From contig NC_043011.1 in the NCBI RefSeq assembly GCF_006345805.1, forward strand, positions 62,074,464 through 62,138,463: a stretch of DNA of 64,000 nucleotides. The letters run 5' to 3'. Below, piece after piece: positions 38,571 through 51,540 of the stretch. Position numbers and translations under genes: made by a program. Each line of letters begins with the position of its first letter. The first letter of the stretch is position 1. Source of the DNA: Octopus sinensis (taxonomy: Eukaryota). The notes under the pieces are model-generated. The model did no database searches. It saw only the letters and a list, made by a program, of their open reading frames with translations, and was not told the origin of the DNA.

Positions 38571-39059
38571 GATGGTGATGGTGATGGTGATGGTGATGGT
38601 GGTGATGATGATGATAATAATAATCACCATCATCAACATCTTCTTTTCTTGAAGTTAGGCACTGTTCCAGAAATTTTGTGGAAGGATGCTGTTGATTATG
38701 TCAGACTCATTTCTTAACAAGTGTTTGTGTAAATGGGTGTAAATTAACTTCAGTGTTTAAAAGGGAGGTAACTCTAAGGTGGCAAATTGTTAAAATTGTT
38801 AAAACTTTAGTTTGTATGTCATATGTTGTTATTTTCTAAGTCTCTCTACTGTGAGTTCTAATTACACCAAAGTCAGTTATGCATCTCATCTTTTCAGTGT
38901 GTGTGTAAGGGAGGAGGTTTTATAAACAATAAATACATGGTGGTGTGACAGAATTGTGTGTGTGTATATGTCAAGAAGCATCTATAGGGTCCACATGACC
39001 TGCTAGAATTACCAACCAAAACCCTCTCGAACCAAATACTGTTAACCAAGGTAAAACAC

Positions 39060-39364
39060 TGGACTATCATCTCTTCAGCCCCATGAAAGAGGATTTGAGA
39101 GGCAAACATTATTCCAGTGACAAGGAAGTGAAAACTGTAGTGAAGAAGTGGCTCAAAGAACAGTCAACAGAATTTTATGGGGCAGGAATACATGCTCTCA
39201 TTCGAAGGTGGAACATTGCTATTGAGAGAAACAGTGACTATGTTGAGATGTAGAGATGTGATCCACAGAGGACCAGCTTCATTTTGATGTATGATACATG
39301 GTCCTGTGTTGGTAATTATACCTGTCCTAAACAAAATGGCATTACTTTTTGACTTACCCTTGTA
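39060..39364 (+). mobile_element. Mariner 3' fragment with right TIR
   Basis: Translates DYHLFSPMKEDLRGKHYSSDKEVKTVVKKWLKEQSTEFYGAGIHALIRRWNIAIERNSDYVEM*; ends gcattactttttgacttacccttgTA. Confidence 0.9.
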
Positions 39365-39663
39365 TATATATCTCCAGAGGTCACAAAAGACCGATACCTC
39401 TGGAGATGTGCTGTGATTGAGAAGACCCAGCAAGTAAAGTGAGATCACAGCTGTAGCGTACACCATTGCCGTTCACCTATTTTACACTCAGTACATCGCA
39501 GATTTTTCTGGCCAAAATATGTAAATTTATATTGTGGACTCCTCTGTATACCTAGAATTCTGCGGCCGATAGGCATTTATATTTTTAAAATTTGAATTTT
39601 TGTTTGTGGGAGGTTTTGGAACCTAACACTGACAATAGCCGAGGGATTACTGTGTGTATATAT

Positions 39664-39717
<54 letters not shown>

Positions 39718-41306
39718 GTATATACATATATGGTAGGCACGTGCCATCAGTAATTACTCAGGGTAGGCAGTTGTTGACCTTTATGTAGTAAAACACACAA
39801 AAATAAGCAAAAGACAGGCGTGCGACTGAGTTTACATCTGCCTTTATAGCGTGTAAAGACAATGTTGTAGGAGTGTACCCAGCACGTGTGCTACAGCATT
39901 ACTATGCGTAGCTTAAATACTGTGATTGAAAGGCAAGGGTGAATTATGCCTACCTAATCTATGAAAAAATAAAATATTTTGCATTTTATGCAGAGTAATC
40001 AGAGTAACCTTCATAATTTTATTGAATTAGGTGCATATTTTGCCATCAAGGGAAAATGTTGGTATTGATTTATTTTATTCAAGGTAGGCACTGGGTACCT
40101 TGCCAGCCCTGGTGGCACATCCCTGATACGTATGTATATGTAGACGTGTGGCCGAGTGGTTTGGATGTTGTTTTCAAGAATGCTACATCATTGGTTCAAT
40201 TCCTGGACCAAGCTGTGCATTGTGTTCTTGAGTAAAGCACAACATTTCTCGTTGCTCCACAACCATTTTGACATCTGACAGGTGACACACTTGTTCACCT
40301 GTTCAGGCAATGTTTGTTTGGTGGAGGGAGTGAGCTAACGTACATCACATTTCTTTGGTCATTATAAACAAATCATTTGTGCAGGTCGGTCAGTAAACAC
40401 CAAACGTGCATACATCGTATATACATCCATACAAGTGTATGTATGTGGAGTGGAGTGCTTCCATCTGTTGATATCACATGATGCTTGTAAATGATTATTG
40501 TTCACCTCCAGAAACGTTAGCACCCCCGGGCGAAATGCTTGGCAGTATTTTGTCTGCCGTTCTGAGTTCAAATTCCGCCAAGGTCGATTTTGCCTTTCAT
40601 CCTTTCAAGGTCGATAAATTAAGTACCAGTTATGCACTGGAGTAGATGTAATCGACTTAAACCATTTGTCTGTCCTTCCTTGTGTGTAGTAAAGAAATAA
40701 ATCTTCTCTGAAAAACTTGTCAAGTCCTGGAGAAATATGAAGTTGAGAGTATAATTTGAGGGATTAAAGTGTTATTTCTAGCAAGTTGAATGATCATTTC
40801 GAAGTACCTTTGTTTATTCATTTCTCTTTTTTTTTTAATAAACTCCTTAGAGTGTAATTTTAGATAGATTGTGCTGCTATTTTTAGCAGGTGGAATGATC
40901 ACATAGTGGTAACCCTGGCCCTTTTTCTGCTTTATTCCCCCCCCCCGGTGTTTGGTTTATGAGAGATTTGGCTATTTCCAGCTGACCATTTAGGCCCCAT
41001 AGATGCCCCTCTGTATACACACACTCACACACGCACACAATGAACTCCTTGCCTTCTTTGTTTCCTTGCCCTCAACACAAACAGTGTTCTGGGTTCAGAG
41101 AGATCCTATCAACGGTCTCTGTGTGCTGTTGTTCTGTGGCACCAGCTACTTTCAGGGAGCAAAACTGGTTTTGGTAGAGTGATCAAAGACACAGCATCAC
41201 TGTGTTGGATGTTGTCTTTCTTCAGTTTAATGAGGTCAATGGAAGAACCTTGAGATAGTTTTCACATTCAATGATACAAAGAGACACACAGCTACTACTG
41301 CTACTG

Positions 41307-41362
<56 letters not shown>

Positions 41363-41437
41363 GCTGTTGTTGCATGTTCACACACACACACACACTGATA
41401 CAGAATTGTGTACATATATACATATATATGTATGCAT

Positions 41438-41469
<32 letters not shown>

Positions 41470-41653
41470 CACATGTACATATGTATATATTTATATACAG
41501 GCGTGACCGTGTGGTTAGATGCTTGCTTCCCAACCATATGATTCTGGGTTCAGTCCCTCTGGACAGCACCTTGGGCAAGTGTCTTCTAGTATAGCATCAG
41601 GCTGACTAAAGCTTTGTGAATAGATTTGGTAGATGGAAACTGAAAGAAGCTTG

Positions 41654-41690
<37 letters not shown>

Positions 41691-42224
41691 CGCATGTGTG
41701 TGTGTGTGTGTCTTTGTATCGGTGTTTGTCCCCATCACTGCTTGGCAACTGGTGTTGATGTGTTTACATCCCTGTGACTTAGCAGCACATCAAAACAGAC
41801 CCATAGAATACTTACCAGGCTTTAAAGGAAAATGTATTAGGAGTTGATTCGTTAAGATCATTTCCATTTGAGAAGGGGAGATAATTCCAAGATTGAAGAA
41901 TTCTCCAAAGTTGATGTGCCAATAAGGAAACGACACATATATTTGTTTGGAGATAGGAGGGTAGTCATGGACACCGGATTGTTTGCAAGCCTCAGCATGG
42001 TTGCAATCCAATGACTTAAGATGCATAAGGGTGCAGGTGTCTCTCTAGATATAAATGGCAAAATGTGTGTGTGTGTATCCTTTATACAAATCCACAATTT
42101 TTCAGTTAGAGGGCTCGCATTTTCTATGGTCATTCAAAACCGTCCAAGGGTGGTTGTGAAGATCTTTTCATTTCCCAGTTACCTCTGAAAGACAATTAAA
42201 AAAAATCAATAAACCGACCCCTTA

Positions 42225-42468
42225 TGTTTCAGGTAACAAAAGTCTTTAATACAAGGGACGTAACTCACTTAATTCAGCTGTTTAATCTAAAGATATTAAA
42301 CCATAGCAAGGGAAATAACTCTTTAAAACTTTGCATTTCCCTCCCTTTGTTATGTATCACACCTCAATACTGTACCAGACCAATTTATCCAATTTAGGGC
42401 ATGAACTGTCCCAGATTTCTGGATTTTCCAGAGCACTAGACCCGAGAACGTCGGGTCATAGTGCTAGT
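42225..42468 (+). mobile_element. Helitron-type 3' end
   Basis: Hairpin gcacta-gacccga-gaacg-tcgggtc-a-tagtgc at about 42433-42464, overlapping terminal CTAG (42464-67) followed by T. Confidence 0.65.
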
Positions 42469-42899
42469 ATATGTATATAATTTGTGTATAATATAATATA
42501 ATGTAACATAATGTTTGTTATATTGTACTTTAGTGCAGATCTTTATATTTCTAACCTAAACTGTACGAAATAAGTGGATGTAAACACTTTGTCTTTATGT
42601 CAAATATATTCACTGAGAGAAAAGGGATCAGCTGGACTGGTTTCAATCCTGTGTTGGGATTTTATCAACAGCTTAGATATCTCTTCACGTCTTCAATGAC
42701 ATTGCTTATAAACCCTCCATTTGCTTAGTAAATTGCACAGACCAAATCGCATAGATCATGCATCCTGTTTCCTATTTCATCACTATTGTTCTGCTGTTCA
42801 GCACTGTCACTCATCTCCTGCACACCTCTCATTGCTTGTGAGCTCCACTCAGCCACTCTCATTCACTCTTCTAAAATGCAAGTAGATATTGCCTCACAG

Positions 42900-43480
42900 A
42901 GGCAATGACAAGAGACGGAGACCTTTGGAGATATGCTGTGATTGAGAAGACCCAGCAAGTAAAGCAAGATCACAGCCGTAGCCAATACCAGTGTTGCTTA
43001 ACCAGCTCATTTAAAAGTACCCTTGAATCACTGTGCTTGAGAAGACCTGTTGAGTCAAGTGAAATCATAGTCATGGCCAATGTGTGTACCACCTGACTGG
43101 CACCCATGCTGGTGGGACATAAGAAGTACCATTCTAGCATGGGCCGATGCCAGTGCCACCAGGCTTGCTCCTCATACAGGTGGCATATAGAAAGAACCTT
43201 ACGAACATGGTCGATACCAGTGCCCCCCGACTGGCTCCTGTGCCGGTGGCATGTAAAAAGCACCCACTACACTCTCAGAGTGCCATTGTGTGACACTGGG
43301 ATCTGCCACAACTGCAATTTTACTTGGCTTAATGGTTCCCCTTCTCAAGCACAACATAATCCCAAAGGTGTCAGTCATTGCCTCCCTGAGGCCCAACATT
43401 CGAAAGGAGCTTTTAACGTGCCACCGGCATCAACCACTTTGCTTCCGTGAGGCCCAACATTCGAATGGTGCCTTTTTACA
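42900..43480 (+). mobile_element. Degenerate RTE 3' end/UTR with inverted modules
   Basis: MTRDGDLWRYAVIEKTQQ, then gtgccggtggcat modules; two tandem gaggcccaacattcgaa units at 43385-43470. Confidence 0.75.
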
Positions 43481-45383
43481 TGGTAGTTACATGACACCAG
43501 ACACATGAGTAAGTATATTTAGCTGCTATTTCTAGAAGGTTGAACGACCAGATGAAGATTCTTTTATTAGTTGGAAAGTGGTTGTTTTGGGCTAAACCAC
43601 TGTCGTTAGGAATCCATCTTGTCTGCGGGAGACAAAGAACAGATACGCTAACGAGCCAGAAAAAATAAGCAACACACCTTTGCAAAGTGTTTTGTATTTT
43701 GTTTTCTTTTTGTTATGTATTTTTATTATTTTTCAGCATGTGCACCTACCCCTTCCCTACACTGAAACACACATACACATGCATGTCATCAGCATCCCCA
43801 TCAACATCATCGTCGTCATCATCATCATCATCATCATCAGCTTCATTGTACCTATTTCTGCATTGTCTGGAATGAAGCCAGTTCTATCAGGTTGACTCTT
43901 ATAATCTGGTTATGGCATTAGAAAACCAGACGAGCTTTAAAGGTAGTTGTAATAATAATAATAATAATAATCATAATAATAATAATCATAATAATAATCA
44001 TAATGATGATGATGATGGATGATGAGGATGATGATGATGATGATGATAATAATAATAATATTGATGATGATGCTGATGATGATGGTGATGAGAAAGATGA
44101 TGATAAAAGAGTAAAAAGTTGATCGTGGGCCAGAGATTAACGAAAGAATGTTTGTCTGATAAGTAAGATAAAATATTATAAAATTTCTTCATCATCATCA
44201 TCACCATCATCAACATCTTCATTATCATCATCATCATCATTACTACCACTGCCACCACTACCACCACCACTACCATCATTGTTGTCATCACTATCGTTAT
44301 CTCTATTATTTACGTAAGTGATGGAAATGATTTTGTTAAGGGTGGAGAGCATCCACCCTTATCTGGAGATTGCAATAAATGTTAATAGATAGGCTCAGGT
44401 GAAGACCAGGTGAAAAATACTAAATACGTTGGCAGTGTCATGCATGCCGGCAAGGCAAACAAGCCGTGGCTTTTGGCAAGAACATAATTCATACTTTAAA
44501 CCAATTTAATGGTGGTGGTCGTGGTGGATGTTGTTGGGAAAAGTGTGTATCCTGGTTTTAGAATATAATCACTGCCTCCCTGGGTGTTGTGTGAGGCAAC
44601 TAATAGTGTCGGGAGCAGGAAAAGCGTCCCACTGTAAAAGACCGAGTTAAAAAAAATAACCGTCCAACTCATACATCATCATTGTTTATCCCTTGGTGTA
44701 TGCATTTCCACAGAAGATTTAAAACAAAGGACACGACTGGTATGATGTTTCATGATGATCTCATATCAGGTCACTTGCTGTGCAAGTACATCTCCGTAAT
44801 GCACACACATATATGTATGTATGTATGTATGTATATATATATATGTATATGACAGGTTTCTATCTACCAAATCCTCTCACAAGACTATAGTCAGCCTGGA
44901 GCTGTAGTAGAAGGTACAGACCAAAGTTCCACACAGTAGAATTGAAACTGGAACCACATGTTTGGAAAACTTCTTACCACATAATCGTGCCGGCACCTCT
45001 ACATTTACAAATGCATGTTTTGTATACATGCATGCATACATACATACATACATACATACATACATCATACATACATACATACATACATACATACATGCAT
45101 ACATATGTATATAAAATGGGTCTCCACATAGTATTTTCTTTTTGTCCAAGAAATGTTATTCGCAAAATATTGAGTAACCCATTATCATAAACACTTGAAA
45201 TATTATGATACAAAGTGGTATCATACCCAGAACCATGTTTTCTTTGGAATTCTTTCTCCACCCAAAATTTCTTAACCCCACAACCATTCTTTTAGACATG
45301 TTGCACTTACTCAAAGTTACTCATTCTTCAATTATTTGGCTTAGAATATATTTTTTACATATTTTTTTCCTATCTTTTAACAG

Positions 45384-45502
45384 AATTTTCCAAAACTTTC
45401 ATGGAATTGGTGATGACATAAGGACGTAGAAAGTGGTAGTGGTGGTGGTGGTGGTACTGACACCCAATTTCAAACAGTAAATAAATCCCTCTGGACAGCA
45501 CA
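45384..45502 (+). other. Probable 5' UTR part of the first GPCR coding exon, with a 6-codon uORF
   Basis: Strong acceptor ttttttcctatcttttaacag ends at 45383. uORF MELVMT* at 45401-45421. In-frame TAA at 45482-84 precedes ATG 45503 (context cacaATGa). Confidence 0.6.
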
Positions 45503-46342
45503 ATGAACGTGTCAGAATGTATCGACCTGAATTCCAACGCCACTTCCTCCAAGAGCCCATGGAATTTGCCAGTAACTGTGATTCTCTCTATAGTGTCTAT
45601 CATACTCATGGTTTGTATAATCGTGGGAAACTTTCTCGTGATCACAGTCATCCTACGACACAAAGGGATGCGCACCAGGACGAATCTGTTCCTGCTCAAC
45701 TTAGCCATAGCAGACTTGCTTGTAGGAATGCTAATGGCACCGTTTACCCTTATTACAATCATCTCTGGTCGGTGGATCTTTGGAGAGCGGTTTTGCAATG
45801 TGAACGGCTTCATGAATGCGCTGTGCTACATAACTTCTTGTCACACACTCATGTACATTAGTGTACACAAGTACTTTTCTATCACACGCCCATTCAGCCG
45901 GTTCATCACCATCTCACGCATTTTCATAATGGTGATTGCTGCCTGGACCTGGGCAATATTTTGTGCCACAATGACAATCACCGGACTGACGAGCGTCTGC
46001 TTCAAATATGGTACTTCGCAATGCGGTCCTCTCTACCCCAACGACAAGGAAAGCTATATCCACCATACGATTATTCAAGTGACAGTTATTTTAATTCCGC
46101 TTTCTGTTATGGGATTTACCTACATCAGCATGTACCGCGAGATACGTGCGCATACAAAGCGTCTACAACAGAACACCCGACTAAGGAAAGATACCATTTT
46201 AGCTCAACAGAAGAAAGTGATCTTCACACTGTTTATTGTGCTCGCCTGTTTCATCCTTTGTTGGATGCCTTACCATATATATTCCATGTATGTCTCGCTC
46301 AATAAGGCTACGGGGAACTTTAACACCATCATGAACCCAATA
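45503..46342 (+). CDS. Orphan class A (rhodopsin-like) GPCR, coding exon 1 (TM1-TM6, ECL3)
   Basis: 280 codons with six hydrophobic helices: GN (TM1), LAIAD (TM2), Cys3.25, HKY at the DRY position, W in TM4, ECL2 Cys, IP..M...Y (TM5), CWMPY (TM6). N-glycosylation sequons NVS and NAT. Phase-0 donor ata|GTGAGT at 46343. Confidence 0.95.
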
Positions 46343-46449
46343 GTGAGTAGACTTTAATTTTATTTTCCTTCTTTTTATTCTTTTCATTCTTGTATTCATT
46401 TTCGACATTGAACTTGTAAGCAACCATGCTACACTCAAAACCTTCATGA

Positions 46450-46775
46450 GTATCGTTCATGCCAGTGGCATGTAAAAAACACTATCCGAATGTGGCTGAT
46501 GCCAGCACTGCCTTGACTGGCTCCCATGCAGGTGGCATGTAAAAGTGCCATCCAAACGCAGTCAATGCCATCTCTCTTTGGCTCCTATACTGGTGGCACA
46601 TAAAAGCATCCACTACACTCTCAGAGTGATTGGCGTTAGGAAGGGCATCCGGCTGTAGAAACTCTGCCAGATCAAATTGGAGCCTGGTGCAGCCTCCTGG
46701 CTTCCCAGACCTCCAGTCAAACTGTCCAACCCATGCCAGCATGGAAAATGGATATTAGACGATGATGATGATGAT
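46450..46775 (+). mobile_element. RTE 3' tail in the GPCR intron
   Basis: gcagtggcatgtaaaa modules and ccatgccagcatggaaaatggatattagac(gat)n. Confidence 0.8.
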
Positions 46776-47613
46776 TTATATTTATGTGTGTGTGTATATA
46801 TATATATATAAATAAATATATAATGTGGCACTCTGTTGGTTACAACGGCAAGGGTTCCAGTTGATCTGTTCAACGAAACAGCCTATTTGTAAAATTAACG
46901 TACACAGACACATGTACCCTTAACGTAGTTCTTGGGGGGAGATTCAGCGTGACAAGGCTGGCCCTTTGAAATGCATGTACAAGAGAAACGGAAGGAAAGA
47001 GTGACAGAAAGTTGTGGTGAAAGAGTACAGCAGGGTTCACCACCCCCTCGTGAAGCTTTAGGTGTTTTCGTCCAATAAACACTCACGACACCCAGTCTGG
47101 GAATCAAAACCACGATCCCACGACCACAAGTCCACTGCCCTAACCAGTGGGCCATTGCAGATCTCTCTCTCTATACACGCACACACAGATATACAAACTC
47201 ACATATAAATACAGATGTCTAAATACATTTTGGAGAATTGTTAAATTCCACCTGTTCCTGATTAATTTGCTATCTTTCCAGCTTTATAACTTAAGATCTA
47301 AGGTGGGTATTTCCTTTACCTCTTTCACTTTTTTCTTTTTACTTTTGCGATTTCCGTTTTTTTAACATTCCACATTTTCTGTGTTTCCCTTCTCAACGTT
47401 TCACATTTCTTCTCCCCTTCAATTTTTTTGTTTGTTATAACATGTGGTTTGTGCCTGATGAATGCGTTTGAGGTATTTCTCAACATATGAAACTACTGGT
47501 AGCAAAAACATGTATTGTGTCTAGTAAATAATATTTATCTCTCACCAGATTGAGTACTTTTTTAGTTTATCTTACCATCATGGAACACCACATGATATAT
47601 ATATACACATACG

Positions 47614-47685
<72 letters not shown>

Positions 47686-47710
47686 ATATGTATATATATA
47701 TGTATATATA

Positions 47711-47775
<65 letters not shown>

Positions 47776-48147
47776 GCACATACACATATTTATAATATGT
47801 ATATAATATGTCGATTATAAATACATATATAATATGTGTGTATATAAATATTTAGCTGCTAAATTTAGCTAGGTCACCTCATTGCATTTTATCAGAAAGA
47901 AGATAGCAAAAGAGTTAAATATAGTTCTTCTCAGATTGACTTTGGTGTATCTATAGAGGAATAAGTCCATTAAAATGAATGCCTATAATATATTGAAGGT
48001 CTGAGCTCTGATCGCTTTAACATGATCAGAAGTAATACTTATTGAGCTGTTGTGCAGAAATAAGTATTCAATTTAAAAATTTTGTTTTTTGTCAATCGTA
48101 AACATATGGTCAAACATATAATGACAGCCAGCATTCTCTTCTTGCAG

Positions 48148-48271
48148 GTCTACTTGTTTGCTTACCTGAACAGTGCTTGCAACCCAATCATCTATGCCCT
48201 TCGAAGTGAAGCATTCCGCAAAGGTTACCAAGAGATACTGTGCATGAAGAAAGAAGTAATATTTAGTGAGG
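48148..48271 (+). CDS. GPCR coding exon 2 (TM7 and helix 8)
   Basis: Acceptor ttctcttcttgcag at 48147. Phase 0 continues NTIMNPI|VYLFAYLNSACNPIIYALRSEAFRKGYQEILC, with NPxxY and helix 8. Phase-1 donor g|GTAAGC at 48272. Confidence 0.92.
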
Positions 48272-48440
48272 GTAAGCTTAACATTGCAGTCAGTTTCTAT
48301 GTTTGTATATATATATACATACATATATGTATATATAAATGTGGGTGTGTTTAAATATATATGTGTGTATGTGTGTGTATATACATATATATATAAATAT
48401 ATCCAACTTTTGTATTGTCATCATCATCATATAATTGCAT

Positions 48441-48472
<32 letters not shown>

Positions 48473-48612
48473 ACACACACACAAATATCTACACACAAAA
48501 ATATGCAAAAAGTCGTTTAACCTGCAATTACTTTACAACTACTAGTTTCACAATCTCTCTTTTTTCTCTCTCTCTCTCTTCCCCTCTCTCACTCTCTTTA
48601 TATATGTATATA

Positions 48613-48990
48613 GAGTGGCTGTGTGGTGAAGCTTGCTTATCAACCACATGGTTCCAGGTTCAGTTCCACTGCGTGGCACCTTGGGCAAGTGTCTTCTACT
48701 ATAGCCTTGGGCCGACCAAAGCCTTGTGAGTGGATTTGGTAGACGGAAACTGAAAGAAGCCCGTCGTATATATGTATATATATATATGTGTGTGTGTGTT
48801 TGTGTGTCCATGTTTTGTCTCCCCAACATCGATGCTGGTGTTTACGTCCCCATAACTTAGCAGTTTGGCAAAAGAGACCGATAGAATAAGTACTAGGCTT
48901 ACAAAGAATAAGTCCTGGGGTCGATTTTCTCGACTAAAGGCGGTACTCCAGCATGGCCACAGTCAAATGACTGAAACAAGTAAAAGAGTA
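48613..48990 (+). mobile_element. Full-length SINE family A, well preserved
   Basis: Head gagtggctgtgtgg, B box ggttcagttcc, internal TA/TG tract, tail ggcggtactccagcatggccacagtcaaatgactgaaacaagtaaaag. Confidence 0.9.
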
Positions 48991-50024
48991 TATATATATG
49001 TATATATATATGTGTGTGCGTGTGTGTGTGTGTATCATATATATACAATTATAAATTTTCGAAAGCTAGATTATTCGTTAGTAACATTACATCTGCTAGT
49101 TTCGCCATCAATTCCTCTGTATAATCATTGATTTATTCCTCTTTCAAATATATTTCTTAGACTTTCTGCAATTTTTGTATTGAGTCCTCTCTTCTTTAAA
49201 AATTATTTTAACCAACCCACCCATATACATGTGTGTATATGTGTGGAGGAACATGGCATAATGCTTTGTGTATTGCACTCATATTCACAAGATTCTGGTT
49301 TCGGTTCCTAAACTGAGCGATGTGTAGTGTTTTTCAGCCAAACACTGTGGTTCACATTGCTGCCATCCACTTGGCTTGGCAAAAATGAATAATCATGTGA
49401 ACCCTGAACCATGTAGCTGGTAAACAGGCTACTTACCGCACGGCCACTTCTGCACCTATATGCACATAAAAATTTCATTAACTGCATTCGTTTGTTTGCT
49501 GTATGGGTTTCATGGGTGATTCGTCTTTATTTTTTTCCATTTTCTTCTTATTTTTGCTCCTATGATGATGTCTGTGTTGGTTGGGTCACATGACCGTCTT
49601 GAAATTTTATAGTCAAACTTATATATTTATTCCAAGAGACGTAAAAGAAAAAAAATTAGCAAATAAAAAAGACCCACAAAACAAACAAAAACAAGGATTT
49701 TGTTTGACCGTATCACTTTACAACACCATATCAAGACTGCAGTTAACGTACAGGAAATCCTTGAATAATGGAATTTGCCAAAATATGTTTAAAAAAATAT
49801 TTAAAAAAACAATAATAAATTAGCACATAAATAGAGCACTTAGTAAAATTATCAACTGAAGGAAGTCTTGGAGGAAATGAAATATTTTTGCTAGGAATGT
49901 GGCACGAATAACCCCAAAGACTCAGTCTTCAGTGTTTGTAGCTGTGTTGTAGTTTGTTTTGCTGATGAGAATGTTGAGTTTTGAGAAATATTATTTTCAT
50001 CTGATGATATCTATATAAGGATAG

Positions 50025-50555
50025 ACGTGGCTGTGTGGCAAGAAACTTGCCTTGCAACCATTAGGCTTTAGGTTCCATCCCACTGAGTGCCACCTTGGAC
50101 AAGTGCATTGTACTTAAAGCCCCTGTGCTGACCAAAGCATTGTGAGTGGATGAGGTAGACTGAAAGTGAAAGCCAGTCAGATGTGGTCGTGTGGTAAGGT
50201 AATTTCTTCCCAACCACATGGTTCCAGGTTCTGTCCCATTGCGTGGCACCTTGGGCAAATATCTTCTACTATGGCCTCAGAATGACCAAAGCCTTGTGGG
50301 TCGATTTGATTGACAGACACTAACAGGCGGCGAGCTGGCAGAAACGTCAGCACGCCGGGCGAAATGCTTAGTGGTATTTCGCCTGCCGTTATGTTCTGAG
50401 TTCAAATTCCACTGAGGTCGACTTTGCTTTTCATCCTTTTGGGATCAATAAATTAAATACCAGTTGCATACAAGGGTCGATGTAATCGACTTAATCCCTT
50501 TGTTTGTCCTTGATTGTCCCCTCTGTGTTTAGCCCCTTGTGGGTAGTAAAGAAAT
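50025..50555 (+). mobile_element. Two tandem SINE A heads followed by a full SINE B (50326-50554)
   Basis: gtggctgtgtgg at about 50027, gtggtcgtgtgg at about 50182, ggcggcgagctggcagaaacg at 50326. Confidence 0.85.
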
Positions 50556-50789
50556 GAAAAGCTAAAAGAAGCCAGTCATCACATGTGACTGTGTGGTTTG
50601 CTTCCCAACCAGACGGTTCTTGGTTCAGTTCCACTGTGTGACACCTTGAGGAAGTATATTCTACTACAGCCTCAGACTGACCAAAGACATGGGACTGGAT
50701 TTGTTAGATGGAAACTGAAAGAAGCCTGTCATATATATATACATATATATGTGTGTGTGTTTGTGTGTATATATGTGTGTGTATATATA

Positions 50790-51540
50790 TTCCCTGTGGA
50801 GGGAACCTGTGGTAGAGGTAGAACCAGGAAGACATGGGTCGACATGGTGAAGCATGATCTTCGAAGTTTCAGCCTGATAGAGGCAATGACTGGTGACTGA
50901 GGGACCTCTGGCAATGGGTTGTGTTTGAGACGAGCCATCAAGCTAAGTGAAATCGTAGTCATCATAACTGGCACTTGTGCTGGTGGCACGTAAAGAACAC
51001 CCTTCCATTGTTGGGCCTCACATAGGCAAAGTGGGTGAGTTCCTTTGATGGATTGGGCCACATGGAGGCAAAGTGGGTGAGTTCTTTGATGGATTGGGCC
51101 ACATGGAGGCAAAGTGGGTGAGTTCCTTTGATGGATTGGGCCACATGGAGGCAAAGTGGGTGAGTTCTTTGATGGATTGGGCCACATGGAGGCAAAGTGG
51201 GTGAGTTCTTTGATGGATTGGGCCACATGGAGGCAAAGTGGGTGAGTTCCTTTCAAGTGTTGGGCCTCACTGAGTAAATGACCGAGACGATTAGCATTAT
51301 GTTGTGCTTGAGAAGAAGACCTCGGTGTCCCGTAAATGGCACCCGTGCCGATGGCATATAAAAGCACCCATTACACTCTCGGAGTGGCTGGCTTTAGGAA
51401 GGGCTTCCAGGCATAGAAAACCATGCCAAATCAAACTGGAGCCTGGTGCAGCCTTCCAGCGTGTCAGACCACTCAAACTGTCCAATCCATCCAAGCATGG
51501 ACTGCAGATGTTAAATGATGATGATGATGATGATGATATA
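50790..51540 (+). mobile_element. RTE 3' end with expanded internal minisatellite
   Basis: VEGTCGRGRTRKTWVDMVKHDL, then 3' UTR modules and (GAT)n tail. Confidence 0.85.
51024..51253. repeat. 41/42-bp minisatellite, ~5.6 near-identical copies
   Basis: Unit aggcaaagtgggtgagttc(c)tttgatggattgggccacatgg starts at 51024, 51066, 51107, 51149, 51190 and 51231; complete units differ only by one C. Confidence 0.95.

Noticed and set aside
45503-48271. Opsin or biogenic amine receptor assignment
   Set aside because: Position 7.43 is Tyr, not Lys, and 3.32 is Asn, not Asp.
48272-48354. Read-through of GPCR exon 2 as the true C-terminus
   Set aside because: A consensus GTAAG donor is present, and the continuation translates a TA microsatellite (YIYIHICIY).
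51024-51253. Regular ~41 bp array resembling CRISPR
   Set aside because: Units are contiguous with no unique spacers, the context is eukaryotic, and there are no cas genes.
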